DNA of 25,542 nucleotides from contig JBDRKI010000005.1 of the NCBI GenBank assembly GCA_043814095.1, positions 1-25,542 on the forward strand, given 5' to 3'. The notes beneath the pieces are model-generated. The model searched no databases. It was given only the letters and a program-made list of their open reading frames with translations, and was not told the DNA's origin. The DNA is from Armatimonadota bacterium (lineage in GTDB: Bacteria > Vulcanimicrobiota > JACPDS01 > JBDRKI01). A program made the translations under genes and the position numbers. This document shows, in pieces, positions 8,624 to 18,288 of the stretch (the first letter of the stretch is position 1; each line of letters opens with the position of its first letter).

Positions 8624-8694
8624 ACAGTAGTGTCCATTGTTTTTTGTAAAAGCCCGGCAGCCATAATATGATTGCGGAGTTAAAAATTGGCCAA
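8624..8694. repeat. 71-bp direct repeat, left copy
   Basis: ACAGTAGTGTCCATTGTTTTTTGTAAAAGCCCGGCAGCCATAATATGATTGCGGAgTTAAAAATTGGcCAA; 69/71 identical to 10288-10358, with the first 55 nt identical. Confidence 0.97.
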
Positions 8695-8706
8695 GACCTG
8701 TTGAAG

Positions 8707-9540
8707 TTAAAGTTTGTTTATATCCCTTATTAATATATCTTTTATTTCTCTACTTAAACTGCCTGCAAATTTCTCATCCGCTATAAAAGATTCTAAGTCG
8801 AGCTGGATGCTTTTAGGGTCAACTTTTTTAATGATTCCCAAAAGACTTTCCTTTAGCTGTATTTTGCTTTTAATGCCCTCTATGCAGTCCATATTGGGCT
8901 TTACCCCTTTTTCTAAATACCACATTAAATCAAAATAATCCCTGCCCTTAACCTTTGCGATTGTTTTACCTGTTTTATCCGTTTTCTCCCATTTGCGGTG
9001 TAAAATTGCCCTTATCTTCGTAGCCATTAATGTGGAAAAATCAAAAGTTCTTATTAAAATAGACTTATTATATTTAAATAATGGTATAGTTTCAACTTTA
9101 AATTTCTTACAAAATACGGGGGGAGTAAAAACTTCAACTTTTAGAAAAAGTTGGTCTGTTTCGCTTTTATCAGATAAGCCGAGTTCATGAAGTATTGAAA
9201 ATTTTAAATAAATCCTAAATTTCTGAACTGTTGAAATTAATTTTAAGTCCGTATTTTTCTTAAAATATATCTCTAAATCTTTGGCCAGTTTAGAAACTTC
9301 TATCTCGCCTTTTATATCGACAAAGTCAAGATCTTCCGACAAACGAGGCAGGCCGAAACAGTGGGCAAGACAGCTTCCCCCGTAAAATAAAAGCCGGCTT
9401 AACTGCGGATCCGAATAAATAAAATCAAGTACTATTACCTGAAGATATTCTTTTACTATATTTCTTTTAAAAAGCTCATTTTTCGAAGCTGATTCATTTA
9501 TTAAGTTTTTTATAAATGCTTTTGTTGTATCCATACTCAC
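8707..9540 (-). CDS. abiEii: AbiEii/AbiGii-family nucleotidyltransferase toxin (type IV TA)
   Basis: FYGGSCL..RLSEDLDF, LKVEV, ATKIRAIL.R and KGRDYFDL motifs. It overlaps the upstream antitoxin stop (GTGA); an alternative ATG lies at 9534. Confidence 0.92.
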   Translation of the reverse strand: MSMDTTKAFIKNLINESASKNELFKRNIVKEYLQVIVLDFIYSDPQLSRLLFYGGSCLAHCFGLPRLSEDLDFVDIKGEIEVSKLAKDLEIYFKKNTDLKLISTVQKFRIYLKFSILHELGLSDKSETDQLFLKVEVFTPPVFCKKFKVETIPLFKYNKSILIRTFDFSTLMATKIRAILHRKWEKTDKTGKTIAKVKGRDYFDLMWYLEKGVKPNMDCIEGIKSKIQLKESLLGIIKKVDPKSIQLDLESFIADEKFAGSLSREIKDILIRDINKL

Positions 9541-10184
9541 CCAATAAGTAGATTAAAAATTTCTTTCATTTTTTTTGAATTCTCAATCTTAAGATATTTT
9601 TTAAATTCCGATAAATCTTTTTTATTAAAAGCGGACATATTTAATCTCAGCTCATCAATTGATTCTTTGTTTTTTAAAATATTTTTTCTTAAATACAGAT
9701 AATCAAAAAGCGCCTTTGCTTTTGTAGCTTTGTATATGGCAAACTTTCCTTCTTTTATTATCTTAAAGCCACAAAAAAGCTTATCTTTTATTTTATGATA
9801 AAAAAACCTTCCAAAATTATTTGAAAAAACTTTTGTTTTATTTAAACTTATACATGTAAAATTAATAGGAATTTCGGTTAAAATATTATGCTTGTAAAGT
9901 ATATAGTCTAAGCTGATATATGAAGATGAATATAATATATTTGAAACAAACTCAATATAAGAAGAAAACAGACCATGCATTTTCAATTTATCTGTATAAC
10001 TCGAACAAACATATACACCCTTTTTTAAATTTATAATCCTGCCTGATTTCTTGTATCTAGAAAAAAGTATCTTCAAATAGGTTTTATCGCTCTCAACAGC
10101 GGAAATATCATCAATAGTAAAGTAAGGCAGATTTTCTACCAATGACATTATTTTGCTTATTTTTGTTTCTAGCTTGTTTCTCAT
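9537..10184 (-). CDS. abiEi: AbiEi-family antitoxin / transcriptional regulator
   Basis: N-terminal wHTH with LKKGVY, then SYISLDYIL, and KATKAKALFDYLY (the ATPEKALLD-like motif). It is directly upstream of the toxin. Confidence 0.88.
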   Translation of the reverse strand: MRNKLETKISKIMSLVENLPYFTIDDISAVESDKTYLKILFSRYKKSGRIINLKKGVYVCSSYTDKLKMHGLFSSYIEFVSNILYSSSYISLDYILYKHNILTEIPINFTCISLNKTKVFSNNFGRFFYHKIKDKLFCGFKIIKEGKFAIYKATKAKALFDYLYLRKNILKNKESIDELRLNMSAFNKKDLSEFKKYLKIENSKKMKEIFNLLIG

Positions 10185-10216
10185 AGTATACTATTATAGT
10201 ATACTATGAGAAACAA
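10174..10216. promoter_or_regulatory. Perfect 21-bp inverted repeat, likely AbiEi autorepression operator
   Basis: TTGTTTCTCATAGTATACTAT-t-ATAGTATACTATGAGAAACAA. It covers the start codon (10184) and the -10 box. Confidence 0.85.
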
Positions 10217-10224
10217 TATGTCAA
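10196..10224 (-). promoter_or_regulatory. Sigma70-type promoter of the abiE operon
   Basis: TTGACA (10224-10219), 17 nt, TACTAT (10201-10196). The ATG is 11 nt further on, with no SD sequence. Confidence 0.7.
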
Positions 10225-10287
10225 GAGAAATATGCGGATGGATAAGAACTTTGATTTTGGGTCTTGAGTAAATTATAGCGAGAATAG

Positions 10288-10358
10288 ACAGTAGTGTCCA
10301 TTGTTTTTTGTAAAAGCCCGGCAGCCATAATATGATTGCGGATTTAAAAATTGGACAA
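10288..10358. repeat. 71-bp direct repeat, right copy
   Basis: 69/71 identical to 8624-8694, offset 1664 bp. Confidence 0.97.
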
Positions 10359-10397
10359 TTAGCAGGAAATATTAAAGTTAATTATAATTTATTATAT

Positions 10398-11234
10398 ATG
10401 TTAAAGAAAGAAACTAAGGCAAAACTAATTAAAGCAGTTACCGCAGTAATTATATTACTGTGTATTTTTTTAGTGCTTGATATTATTTTTACTTTTGTTA
10501 AAAGCAGAAGAATCGGGGCTTCGGATCTTAAAATAACAGCAGGTGATATAGCATCTAAAAAAGCCGTTTCATATCAGGAATACACCCAGAAACTTAAAAA
10601 TGTATTCTCAGGTTCTGGCGCCGATAAAGATGTTGCGGGCAAGAAATTTGAACTGATATCCCTTATAAACGGGGGTAACTGGTCTAAGATAAAGCTTACC
10701 GGGACCATTCTGGGCGGCAGTGTCAGTATGGGTGTTGTTGAGGCTGACGGTAAAAATTATGCCGTGTATAAAGGCGAGTCTTTAGGTGATTACAGGGTAA
10801 AAGATGTTACCAAAAGCTCTGTGGTATTTGAAGGAAACGGCGAAAAAAAGACGATTATGCTTAACTATTCGGGAACAGGCTCATCTGTTACAACTCAGGG
10901 CAGCGCATCCTCGCCTTCATCAAACACCGTTCTTTCCAAAGAAGAATTAAATTCGCTTATAGAGCCGCCTGACAGGCTTGCAAAGGAAGCGACTTTTATG
11001 CCTATACAGCAGGACGGTCTCGCGGGGGTAAAACTTGCATATCTTAAACCGGACAGCCTGCTCCAGAAGATAGGTCTTATGCAGAACGATGTTCTGCTTG
11101 AAGTTAACGGCCAGAGCCTGCAGTCAGGTGATGATATTTTTAAGGCGTATCAGATTTTCAGGAATGAAGATCATATAGCAATTAAAGTAAAACGGGGCAG
11201 CGATGATGTAAATATAACGCTGGAAGTAAAATAA
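10398..11234 (+). CDS. gspC: Type II secretion system protein C with C-terminal PDZ domain
   Basis: Single N-terminal TM helix, HR domain (IKLTGTILGG...YKGESLGDYRV), PDZ domain (IGLMQNDVLLEVNG), adjacent to gspG. Start moved to ATG 10398 because the upstream ATG lies inside the direct repeat. Confidence 0.8.
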   Translation: MLKKETKAKLIKAVTAVIILLCIFLVLDIIFTFVKSRRIGASDLKITAGDIASKKAVSYQEYTQKLKNVFSGSGADKDVAGKKFELISLINGGNWSKIKLTGTILGGSVSMGVVEADGKNYAVYKGESLGDYRVKDVTKSSVVFEGNGEKKTIMLNYSGTGSSVTTQGSASSPSSNTVLSKEELNSLIEPPDRLAKEATFMPIQQDGLAGVKLAYLKPDSLLQKIGLMQNDVLLEVNGQSLQSGDDIFKAYQIFRNEDHIAIKVKRGSDDVNITLEVK

Positions 11235-11249
11235 AAAGGGTGATGCAAG

Positions 11250-11741
11250 ATGAAAAAAAGAAATAAAAAGCAGAGAGGTTTCACATTTTTAGAAGTTATG
11301 GTAGTTGTGGCTATTCTTGCCATACTTGCCACTCTGATTATACCGCGCCTTACAGGCAGGGTTGACGAAGCAAAGATAACAAAAGCGGTTCTGCAGATGA
11401 GATCCATTATGCAGGCGCTTGAACTGTATAAATTAGATAACGGTTTTTATCCCACAACCGAACAGGGCCTGCAGGCGCTGGTTATAAAGCCGACAACCGA
11501 ACCCATCCCGGAGAAGTGGAAAAAATATATGGATAAAATACCGAGAGATCCGTGGAAGCACGAATATATCTATATCTGTCCCGGGACTCATATTACGCAG
11601 ATAGAGCGCGAATCCGACCAGGATTACAATATAGAGGAAAATGTGTATACGACAAACAGGTATGACCTTATATGTCTCGGCCCTAACGGTGAAGAAGGGG
11701 ACGAGGATGATATAGTAAGCTGGGATATGCCTGAAGATTAA
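11250..11741 (+). CDS. gspG: Type II secretion major pseudopilin G
   Basis: QRG|FTFLEVMVV class III signal, ALELYKLDNGFYPTTEQGLQALV and DPW motifs. Confidence 0.95.
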   Translation: MKKRNKKQRGFTFLEVMVVVAILAILATLIIPRLTGRVDEAKITKAVLQMRSIMQALELYKLDNGFYPTTEQGLQALVIKPTTEPIPEKWKKYMDKIPRDPWKHEYIYICPGTHITQIERESDQDYNIEENVYTTNRYDLICLGPNGEEGDEDDIVSWDMPED

Positions 11742-11764
11742 TATGTAAAAAACAATAAATAATC

Positions 11765-11797
11765 TATTAAGAAACCCTTTTTAAGGGTTTCTTAATA
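11765..11797. terminator. Inverted repeat hairpin between gspG and glnS
   Basis: TATTAAGAAACCCTT-ttt-AAGGGTTTCTTAATA, perfect 15-bp arms. Confidence 0.7.
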
Positions 11798-11842
11798 AAG
11801 CAATCAAATCAAACTAAATCAAGGGCAAAAAGGAATATTATT

Positions 11843-13537
11843 ATGGAAAATGTAGAGCATTTAGAATCAACTAATTTTATAGAAGATATTATCAACCAGG
11901 ATATGGAAACAGGTAAGTATGAGAAAAGAGTCCATACCCGTTTCCCGCCCGAGCCTAACGGATATCTTCATATAGGGCATTCCAAGTCTATATGTCTTAA
12001 TTTCGGTATTGCGGACCAGTATAAAGGGTTATGCAACCTGCGCTTTGATGATACCAATCCCTGCAAAGAAGAGACCGAATATGTTGAGTCTATTATAAGG
12101 GATATAAAATGGCTGGGTTTTGACTGGGAAGACCGTCTTTATTATGCCTCAGATTATTTTGAAGAGTTTTATAACTGTGCCGTACAGCTTATAGAAAACG
12201 GGAAAGCTTATGTATGCGATCTTTCTTCTGACCAGATGAGGGAATACAGGGGTACTTTAACAGAACCGGGCAAAGAGAGCCCTTACAGGAAGAGGTCTGT
12301 AGAGGAGAATCTTGGTTTATTTGAACGCATGAAAAAGGGTGAATTTAAAGACGGCGAGAAGGTTCTGCGTGCGAAGATTGATATGGCATCCCCAAACATT
12401 AATATGCGCGACCCGGTTATATACCGCATTCTCCATGCGGAGCATCACCGCACAGGCGATAAATGGTGCGTATATCCAATGTATGATTACGCGCACTGCA
12501 TATCCGATTCAATGGAAAAGATAACCCATTCAATATGCACGCTTGAGTTTGAGAATCACAGGCCTTTATATGACTGGTTTCTGGACCAGCTCGGCCTATA
12601 CCATCCACAGCAGATAGAGTTTGCAAGACTTAACCTCACATATACGGTAATGAGCAAAAGGAAGCTTCTCCAGCTGGTTAAGGAAGGTTATGTCGCAGGC
12701 TGGGATGATCCCAGGATGCCGACTCTCGCGGGCATGAGAAGAAGGGGTTACACCCCCGAAGCCGTCAGGAAATTAGCTAAAATCGTAGGTGTAGCAAAAA
12801 GAGAGAGTGTTGTTGATCTTGCCCTTCTGGAATACTGTTTAAGGGAAGATTTAAATAAAAGAGCACTAAGGGTCATGGCTGTTCTTAAACCGCTTAAAGT
12901 TGTTATTGTTAATTATCCCGAAGGGAAAGAAGAAGAGCTTGAAGCTGATAATAATCCCGAAGACCCGTCTGCGGGTACGCGTAATGTCCCGTTTACAAGA
13001 GAGATATATATTGAACAGGAAGATTTTATGGAAGACCCCCCCAAGGGCTATTTCAGGCTTTACCCGGGCAATGAAGTAAGGTTAAAGCATGCTTATTACA
13101 TAAAATGCGACAAGGTTATAAAAGATGCGGAAGGCAGGGTAACAGAACTTCACTGCACATATGATCCTGAGAGCAGGGGAGGCGGCACATCTGATGGGCG
13201 CAGGGTAAAAGGCACTCTTCACTGGGTATCTGTACCTCATGCGGCAGGCGCTCAGGTACGCCTTTATGACAATCTTTTTACAAAGGAAAATCCCGAAGAT
13301 GTTCCCGAAGGCGGGAGCTTTAAGGATAATATAAAACAGGATTCTCTGGAAGTTTTAACCGGATGCAAAGTTGAACCCTCATTAAAAGAAGCCAAACCCG
13401 GTATAAGCTATCAATTCTTAAGGCATGGCTATTTCTGCGCCGATATGCTTGATTCTTCTCCTGAGAAGCTTATATTTAACCGCACTGTAACCTTAAGGGA
13501 TACCTGGGGTAAAATGCAGAAAAAAGTTAATAAATAA
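11843..13537 (+). CDS. glnS: Glutamine--tRNA ligase
   Basis: [30 protein letters not shown] (KMSKS equivalent), VKGTLHWVS and FNRTVTLRD. Confidence 0.97.
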   Translation: MENVEHLESTNFIEDIINQDMETGKYEKRVHTRFPPEPNGYLHIGHSKSICLNFGIADQYKGLCNLRFDDTNPCKEETEYVESIIRDIKWLGFDWEDRLYYASDYFEEFYNCAVQLIENGKAYVCDLSSDQMREYRGTLTEPGKESPYRKRSVEENLGLFERMKKGEFKDGEKVLRAKIDMASPNINMRDPVIYRILHAEHHRTGDKWCVYPMYDYAHCISDSMEKITHSICTLEFENHRPLYDWFLDQLGLYHPQQIEFARLNLTYTVMSKRKLLQLVKEGYVAGWDDPRMPTLAGMRRRGYTPEAVRKLAKIVGVAKRESVVDLALLEYCLREDLNKRALRVMAVLKPLKVVIVNYPEGKEEELEADNNPEDPSAGTRNVPFTREIYIEQEDFMEDPPKGYFRLYPGNEVRLKHAYYIKCDKVIKDAEGRVTELHCTYDPESRGGGTSDGRRVKGTLHWVSVPHAAGAQVRLYDNLFTKENPEDVPEGGSFKDNIKQDSLEVLTGCKVEPSLKEAKPGISYQFLRHGYFCADMLDSSPEKLIFNRTVTLRDTWGKMQKKVNK

Positions 13538-13547
13538 GTATTTTTAT

Positions 13548-14726
13548 CTACCTTATCATCTTATTTATCTCAAATATGGGCAGAAGGATTGATACAACCA
13601 CAAATGCTACAACAGCGCCCAGAATAAGTATAAGGGCAGGTTCAAGTATTGATATGAACATGGATAGCTTCCTGTCTATCTCTTTCTCGTAAAAATTAGC
13701 CGTTGTATCAAGCATTTTATCTAACTGAGCGGTCTTCTCTCCTGTTTCCACCATCTGTATAAGAAGGGTGGGGAATATTTCCTGCTGTTTCATGGCTTTG
13801 GATAAGCTGTCGCCTTTTTCAATACGGACGGATAGATCCGCGAATTTATTCCTGAAAGTAGAGAGATTGACAACCTCAGAAGATGCATCCAGCGCTTTAA
13901 CCAGAGATACTCCGCCCCTGTGGAGCATGGCTAAAGTGGAAGCCCACCGTGAGAACATGCCGTATCTTAATATAAATCCTATAAAGGGGATCTGCAGTTT
14001 TATATGTTCTTTTGTTTTTAAGGGAATGAGTTTAATATATGTAAAGATAATTCCGGCAATAAGTAATATCCATATGTAGAAATATTTCTTTAGTACTGTT
14101 CCTATAAATAATAATACGGTTGTGCTTAAGGGCAGGTTCTGTTTAAATCCTTCAAATATATCAATTATTGTCGGGGCCACATAAGTCAGTATAAATAATA
14201 CAAGCCCCACACAGGCAAGTACTATTACAGAGGGGTAAACAAGAGCGGCTACTATTTTTTTCTGGAATTCAATCTCTTTCTCAAGGCGTTTGGCGTATTC
14301 ATCAAGTATATTATCAAGTATGCCTACGGATTCTCCCGCTTCTACCATGTATACCAGGATAGAGGGGAAGACCGGATCGCGGCTCAGAGCGGCGGCGAAA
14401 TTTTCGCCTTCCTGCACGTGTGTTTTAATCCTTATATAGCTTCTTTTAAGTTTATCGTTCTCTATCTGTGAAGATAACGTGTCCAGCGCGCCCACAAGAG
14501 GGAGACCCGCTCTTATTAAAGCGGCAAGCTGGGTTAAAGAAAATGCAAGCTGTTCTTTAAGGTTAAACGCGAACGGAGAAACCTGAGATCTTTCTTCCGC
14601 GATTCTGTAAGGGAATATTTTTTTTGCTTTGAGTTTTTCGTAAACGAGGGCTTTGCTGGCTGAGTCTATAAGCCCGTGTAACGCTTTTCCGTTTTTATCG
14701 TAAGCTTTGTATTCATATAATGGCAC
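13548..14726 (-). CDS. gspF: Type II secretion inner membrane platform protein F
   Basis: MPLYEYKA start, AGESVG and ALVYP, duplicated T2SSF domains, LEPALILILG. Confidence 0.93.
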   Translation of the reverse strand: MPLYEYKAYDKNGKALHGLIDSASKALVYEKLKAKKIFPYRIAEERSQVSPFAFNLKEQLAFSLTQLAALIRAGLPLVGALDTLSSQIENDKLKRSYIRIKTHVQEGENFAAALSRDPVFPSILVYMVEAGESVGILDNILDEYAKRLEKEIEFQKKIVAALVYPSVIVLACVGLVLFILTYVAPTIIDIFEGFKQNLPLSTTVLLFIGTVLKKYFYIWILLIAGIIFTYIKLIPLKTKEHIKLQIPFIGFILRYGMFSRWASTLAMLHRGGVSLVKALDASSEVVNLSTFRNKFADLSVRIEKGDSLSKAMKQQEIFPTLLIQMVETGEKTAQLDKMLDTTANFYEKEIDRKLSMFISILEPALILILGAVVAFVVVSILLPIFEINKMIR

Positions 14727-14741
14727 GGATATGTGCTCCTC

Positions 14742-16178
14742 TTATGTCATTGTGGCTCTTAATACTTCTTCAACCGTTGTTATGCCTTCACACGCTTTAT
14801 TTATGCCGTCTTCAAACAGAGTTAACATGCCTTTTTTGCGGGCAAGCGTTCTTATTTCATTGGCATCGTTTGTTTTTACTATAAGGCGGTCCATTTCCTC
14901 ATCTATAATGAGTATCTCAAATATGCCGATTCTTCCTTTAAATCCAGTATTTAAGCAGGCATCGCATCCCGCTTCTTTGTATAATGTCGCGGTTTTAAGT
15001 TTTGATGTGTTAATCCCCAGTTCTTTCAGCCGGGAAGATGCGTTATACGGTTTTTTGCATTTATCACAGAGCTTTCTTACAAGACGCTGTGCTATCGCTC
15101 CTCTTAACGAAGATGAGATAAGGTAGTTTTCTATATTCATGTCCACGAGGCGGCTTATTGCCGTCGGGGCGTCATTGGTATGCAGGGTGCTTAATACCAG
15201 GTGTCCCGTTAATGAGGCGTGTATCGCGATCTCGGCTGTTTCATTATCCCTTATTTCTCCGACCATTATTATATCCGGGTCCTGCCTTACGATTGAACGC
15301 AGGCCGTTGGCGAATGTAAGGTCTATTTTAGGGTTAACCTGTATCTGGCCTATGCCGGGTATCTGGTATTCAACAGGATCTTCAATTGTTATTATGTTTT
15401 TAAAGGGGGACTTTAAAGAAAGCAGTATCGCGTAAAGAGTTGTTGATTTACCGGAACCCGTGGGTCCGGTGAGAAGCAGTATCCCGTAAGGATGGTTTAT
15501 AAGGTATTTTATTTTTTCATAATAGTATTCGTTTAAGCCCAGCTCTTCCAAAGTTAAAAGCTTCATGGATTTATCCAGAAGGCGCAGCACTATTCTTTCC
15601 CCGTAAATTGTAGGCACTGTGGAGACTCTGACATCTACAAGAGAGTCAGAAGCTTTTAACCTCATCCTGCCGTCCTGGGGAAGGCGTTTTTCGGCAAGGT
15701 TTAATTTTGCCATTACTTTTATTCTTGAAGATACAGAAGCATACTGGGATTTGGGAAATTTCATTATCTCGTGCATTACACCGTCAACTCTTATTCTTAC
15801 AATTGCCTCATTCTCGTACGGCTCTATATGTATATCAGATGCTCTTGAATGCACGGCCTTTAAAAATATTGAATTAACAAGCCTTATAACCGGAGCGTCT
15901 TTGGTCTGGGCCAGAAGGTTCTGGGTCTCGTCTTCGGTTATTACTATTTCGCCTTCTGTCGTTTTGCTTATGTCTTCAATTAAAAGAGCCTGGAGCCCGG
16001 TGTCTATTTCTTCTTTGGAAACAATTACCGGCTCTACGTCTTTGTTAAGCATGAGGCGCAGGTCTTCAAGCGCTTCCATGGGCGTTTCGCCGCATATAGC
16101 CACCTTATCGCCTTCCTGGGGTAGTATGTGGTAGTTCTGGAAAAAATCCAGAGGTATTTTATTTTTCATTTCTTCCAT
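14742..16178 (-). CDS. gspE: Type II secretion ATPase E
   Basis: ASDIHIEP, EKRLPQDGR, Walker A GPTGSGKST, IEDPVEY, RQDPDIIMVGEIRD, TGHLVLSTLHTN and a tetracysteine motif. Confidence 0.96.
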   Translation of the reverse strand: MEEMKNKIPLDFFQNYHILPQEGDKVAICGETPMEALEDLRLMLNKDVEPVIVSKEEIDTGLQALLIEDISKTTEGEIVITEDETQNLLAQTKDAPVIRLVNSIFLKAVHSRASDIHIEPYENEAIVRIRVDGVMHEIMKFPKSQYASVSSRIKVMAKLNLAEKRLPQDGRMRLKASDSLVDVRVSTVPTIYGERIVLRLLDKSMKLLTLEELGLNEYYYEKIKYLINHPYGILLLTGPTGSGKSTTLYAILLSLKSPFKNIITIEDPVEYQIPGIGQIQVNPKIDLTFANGLRSIVRQDPDIIMVGEIRDNETAEIAIHASLTGHLVLSTLHTNDAPTAISRLVDMNIENYLISSSLRGAIAQRLVRKLCDKCKKPYNASSRLKELGINTSKLKTATLYKEAGCDACLNTGFKGRIGIFEILIIDEEMDRLIVKTNDANEIRTLARKKGMLTLFEDGINKACEGITTVEEVLRATMT

Positions 16179-16182
16179 TTTG

Positions 16183-18216
16183 TTACTCTTGTTTATTTTT
16201 CTTTTCTAGTTCTTCTTTCGGCGTTATTATGGCTTCTTCGTCTTTAGGAAGTTCAAAATCGTCTCTGGGCAGTATGTCATCGGGTCTTACCATTCTCTGT
16301 TCCTGGAGCTTCAGCTGTTTCTGCAGGTATTTTTCATATTTCTCGGTGTATTCCTGGAGCTGTTCTTTTGTCTCTATTATATGCGGGGTTATGAAAGCGA
16401 ATAACGTGATTTTCTGGTCCTGGGTTTGTTTATTCTGGAATGCTTTTCCTATGAAGGGCAGGTCTCCCAGAAGGGGGAGTTTATTGATTGTGTCAATTGT
16501 TCTTTTTGAGACAAGTCCGCCAACGATTACCGTCTGGTTGTCTTCAACGGTTATTGTTGTCTTATATTCTCTCTGTGAGGTTATGGGCACGACGTAACTG
16601 ACCTGTCCGACCGCCGGGCGCAGGTAATCGGTTATTTCCTGCAGTTTCTGGTTTATATCCATCCTTATTTTCTTGCCCTGGCTTATGTGCGGGGTAACCT
16701 TTAATGTCAATCCTATATCTTTGTAATCATAAGTTATAATGGGGTTCTGGTTTGAGTCAAATTTAACTCCTGATGCGTAGGGCTGTACGCTTCCCACAGT
16801 CATAAACGCTTCAAGGTGATCTAGGGTTACAAGACGCGGCGCGGAAAGTATATTGAAATCCGAGTCGGTTTCAAGCAGGCTTAAAAGAAAAAATATATTC
16901 GGGTAAGTTATTGTTGCGCCCGCCGCGGTTGTAACTGAAGTTGTACCCTGCCCGACCGCGCCCATGATGAAGTTGCCTGAAGCAAGCATCCCGTAAAGGG
17001 CTTCCTGGCTCATGCCGCCCTGGTATGCCGCGGCTCCTTTATCATGCATGGCCTGCCATCTTACACCTACATCAAGGAGTTTCTTTAAGCTTACTTCCGC
17101 TACCACAGCCGTTACAAGAACCTGTTTTCTGGGAGCGTCAAGCTTTACAATCAGGTCTTTAAGCGCTTCAAATTCAAATTCAGTAGAATAAAGAATAAGA
17201 GAGTTTGTGGATTTATCGGCTGATACCTGTATGCTGGCAAACTCCGACGGGGTGCCTTTCTGTTCGGCGGTCTCCACTTTTTTTCTTTCGGCGAGCATTG
17301 TTGTCAGTATTTTCGCTATTTCTTCCGCGTTCCCGTTTTCAAGATAGTGAAGTCTGAATTTTCTTTCAAGCTGTGGATTCGCGGCATCAAGGTCTTTTAA
17401 TATTTTTTCAACCTGCAGTATTTCATACTTTGATCCGTATACTATTAGCGAGTTAGTGGGGGGGTGTGCCGCAATCTTTACCGGATTAGGGTCTTTTCTA
17501 TTTGAGAGAGTCCCTATCGTTTTATTTATTGACTGTTCTACCGATTCGGCAAGGACATTTTTAAGCTGGTATATCTTTAAATCAACCTGTTTAGAAGGCA
17601 CATCAAGGTCTTTAATGATTGATGTAAGTCTTTTAATGTTAGACGGGATATCCGCCACTATTATAGAGTTTGCGGGATCATATGATGATATTGTGCCGCT
17701 CGGTGATATTAATGATACTAATGAATTTTTCAGCTGCGCGGCGTCCGCGTTTTTAAGAATCACAACGGCTACTACCAGGTTTTCGCTTGATATGTATTTT
17801 TCCCCGGCGAGCTTCATTCTTTCTATTTTGGAAGTGCCCGAAGGCATTATTTTAACGTAGCTCCCTTTATCAACAACGCTGAATCCTTTGGTTTCCAGGG
17901 CCGAAGCGAAAATATTCCATGCTTCATAAGGATTGACTTCACGGGAAGAAACTATGGTTATCTTGCCGCCCACCTTATCGTCAACTATTATGTTTTTTCC
18001 GGTTATCTCGGAGATAAGCTTTGCCAGAACCTTTACGTCCACGTCTTCAAAATTAAGCATTATTGTGCCGGTTCTCAGTGCATCCGAGGCATGCTTCTCA
18101 ATCTCTATGGGTGATTTTAATTTTTCTTTATCCAGAGAATTCTGACCGAAAGAAGGCAGGATAGGTATAATAAAGCAGATTAAAACCATTAATACGACAA
18201 TCTTATTATATCTCAT
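16183..18216 (-). CDS. gspD: Type II secretion secretin D
   Basis: Signal peptide, N0 domain (LNFEDVDV..ITGKNIIVD), repeated N domains (NSIIV/NSLIV/NSLIL), secretin domain (GLTLKVTPHI, KLPLLGDLPFIG). Confidence 0.95.
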   Translation of the reverse strand: MRYNKIVVLMVLICFIIPILPSFGQNSLDKEKLKSPIEIEKHASDALRTGTIMLNFEDVDVKVLAKLISEITGKNIIVDDKVGGKITIVSSREVNPYEAWNIFASALETKGFSVVDKGSYVKIMPSGTSKIERMKLAGEKYISSENLVVAVVILKNADAAQLKNSLVSLISPSGTISSYDPANSIIVADIPSNIKRLTSIIKDLDVPSKQVDLKIYQLKNVLAESVEQSINKTIGTLSNRKDPNPVKIAAHPPTNSLIVYGSKYEILQVEKILKDLDAANPQLERKFRLHYLENGNAEEIAKILTTMLAERKKVETAEQKGTPSEFASIQVSADKSTNSLILYSTEFEFEALKDLIVKLDAPRKQVLVTAVVAEVSLKKLLDVGVRWQAMHDKGAAAYQGGMSQEALYGMLASGNFIMGAVGQGTTSVTTAAGATITYPNIFFLLSLLETDSDFNILSAPRLVTLDHLEAFMTVGSVQPYASGVKFDSNQNPIITYDYKDIGLTLKVTPHISQGKKIRMDINQKLQEITDYLRPAVGQVSYVVPITSQREYKTTITVEDNQTVIVGGLVSKRTIDTINKLPLLGDLPFIGKAFQNKQTQDQKITLFAFITPHIIETKEQLQEYTEKYEKYLQKQLKLQEQRMVRPDDILPRDDFELPKDEEAIITPKEELEKKNKQE

Positions 18217-18288
18217 AACTAAACTCCTTTAAAGCCTTTTTATAACAATAAAAACAATAATATATACTTTATTTTATACTTAGTAAAA

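Noticed and set aside
8656-8686. dif/Xer-like site inside the repeat (GGCAGCCATAA-TATGAT-...)
   Set aside because: The left arm loosely resembles a XerC arm, but no TTATGTTAAAT-like XerD arm follows at 6-bp spacing.
3634-9190. Short overlapping ORFs within the ATPase, protease, FdrA, DUF1116 and toxin genes
   Set aside because: They are nested in real CDSs, mostly with non-ATG starts, and have no supporting signals.
8624-10358. CRISPR array, IS element or prophage
   Set aside because: There are only two repeat copies 1.66 kb apart, no spacers, no cas, transposase or integrase gene, and no long terminal inverted repeats.
10332-10397. Longer gspC start (MIADLKIG...)
   Set aside because: This ATG lies inside the direct repeat and also occurs in the left copy. 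ATG 10398 gives a typical basic N-terminus before the TM helix.
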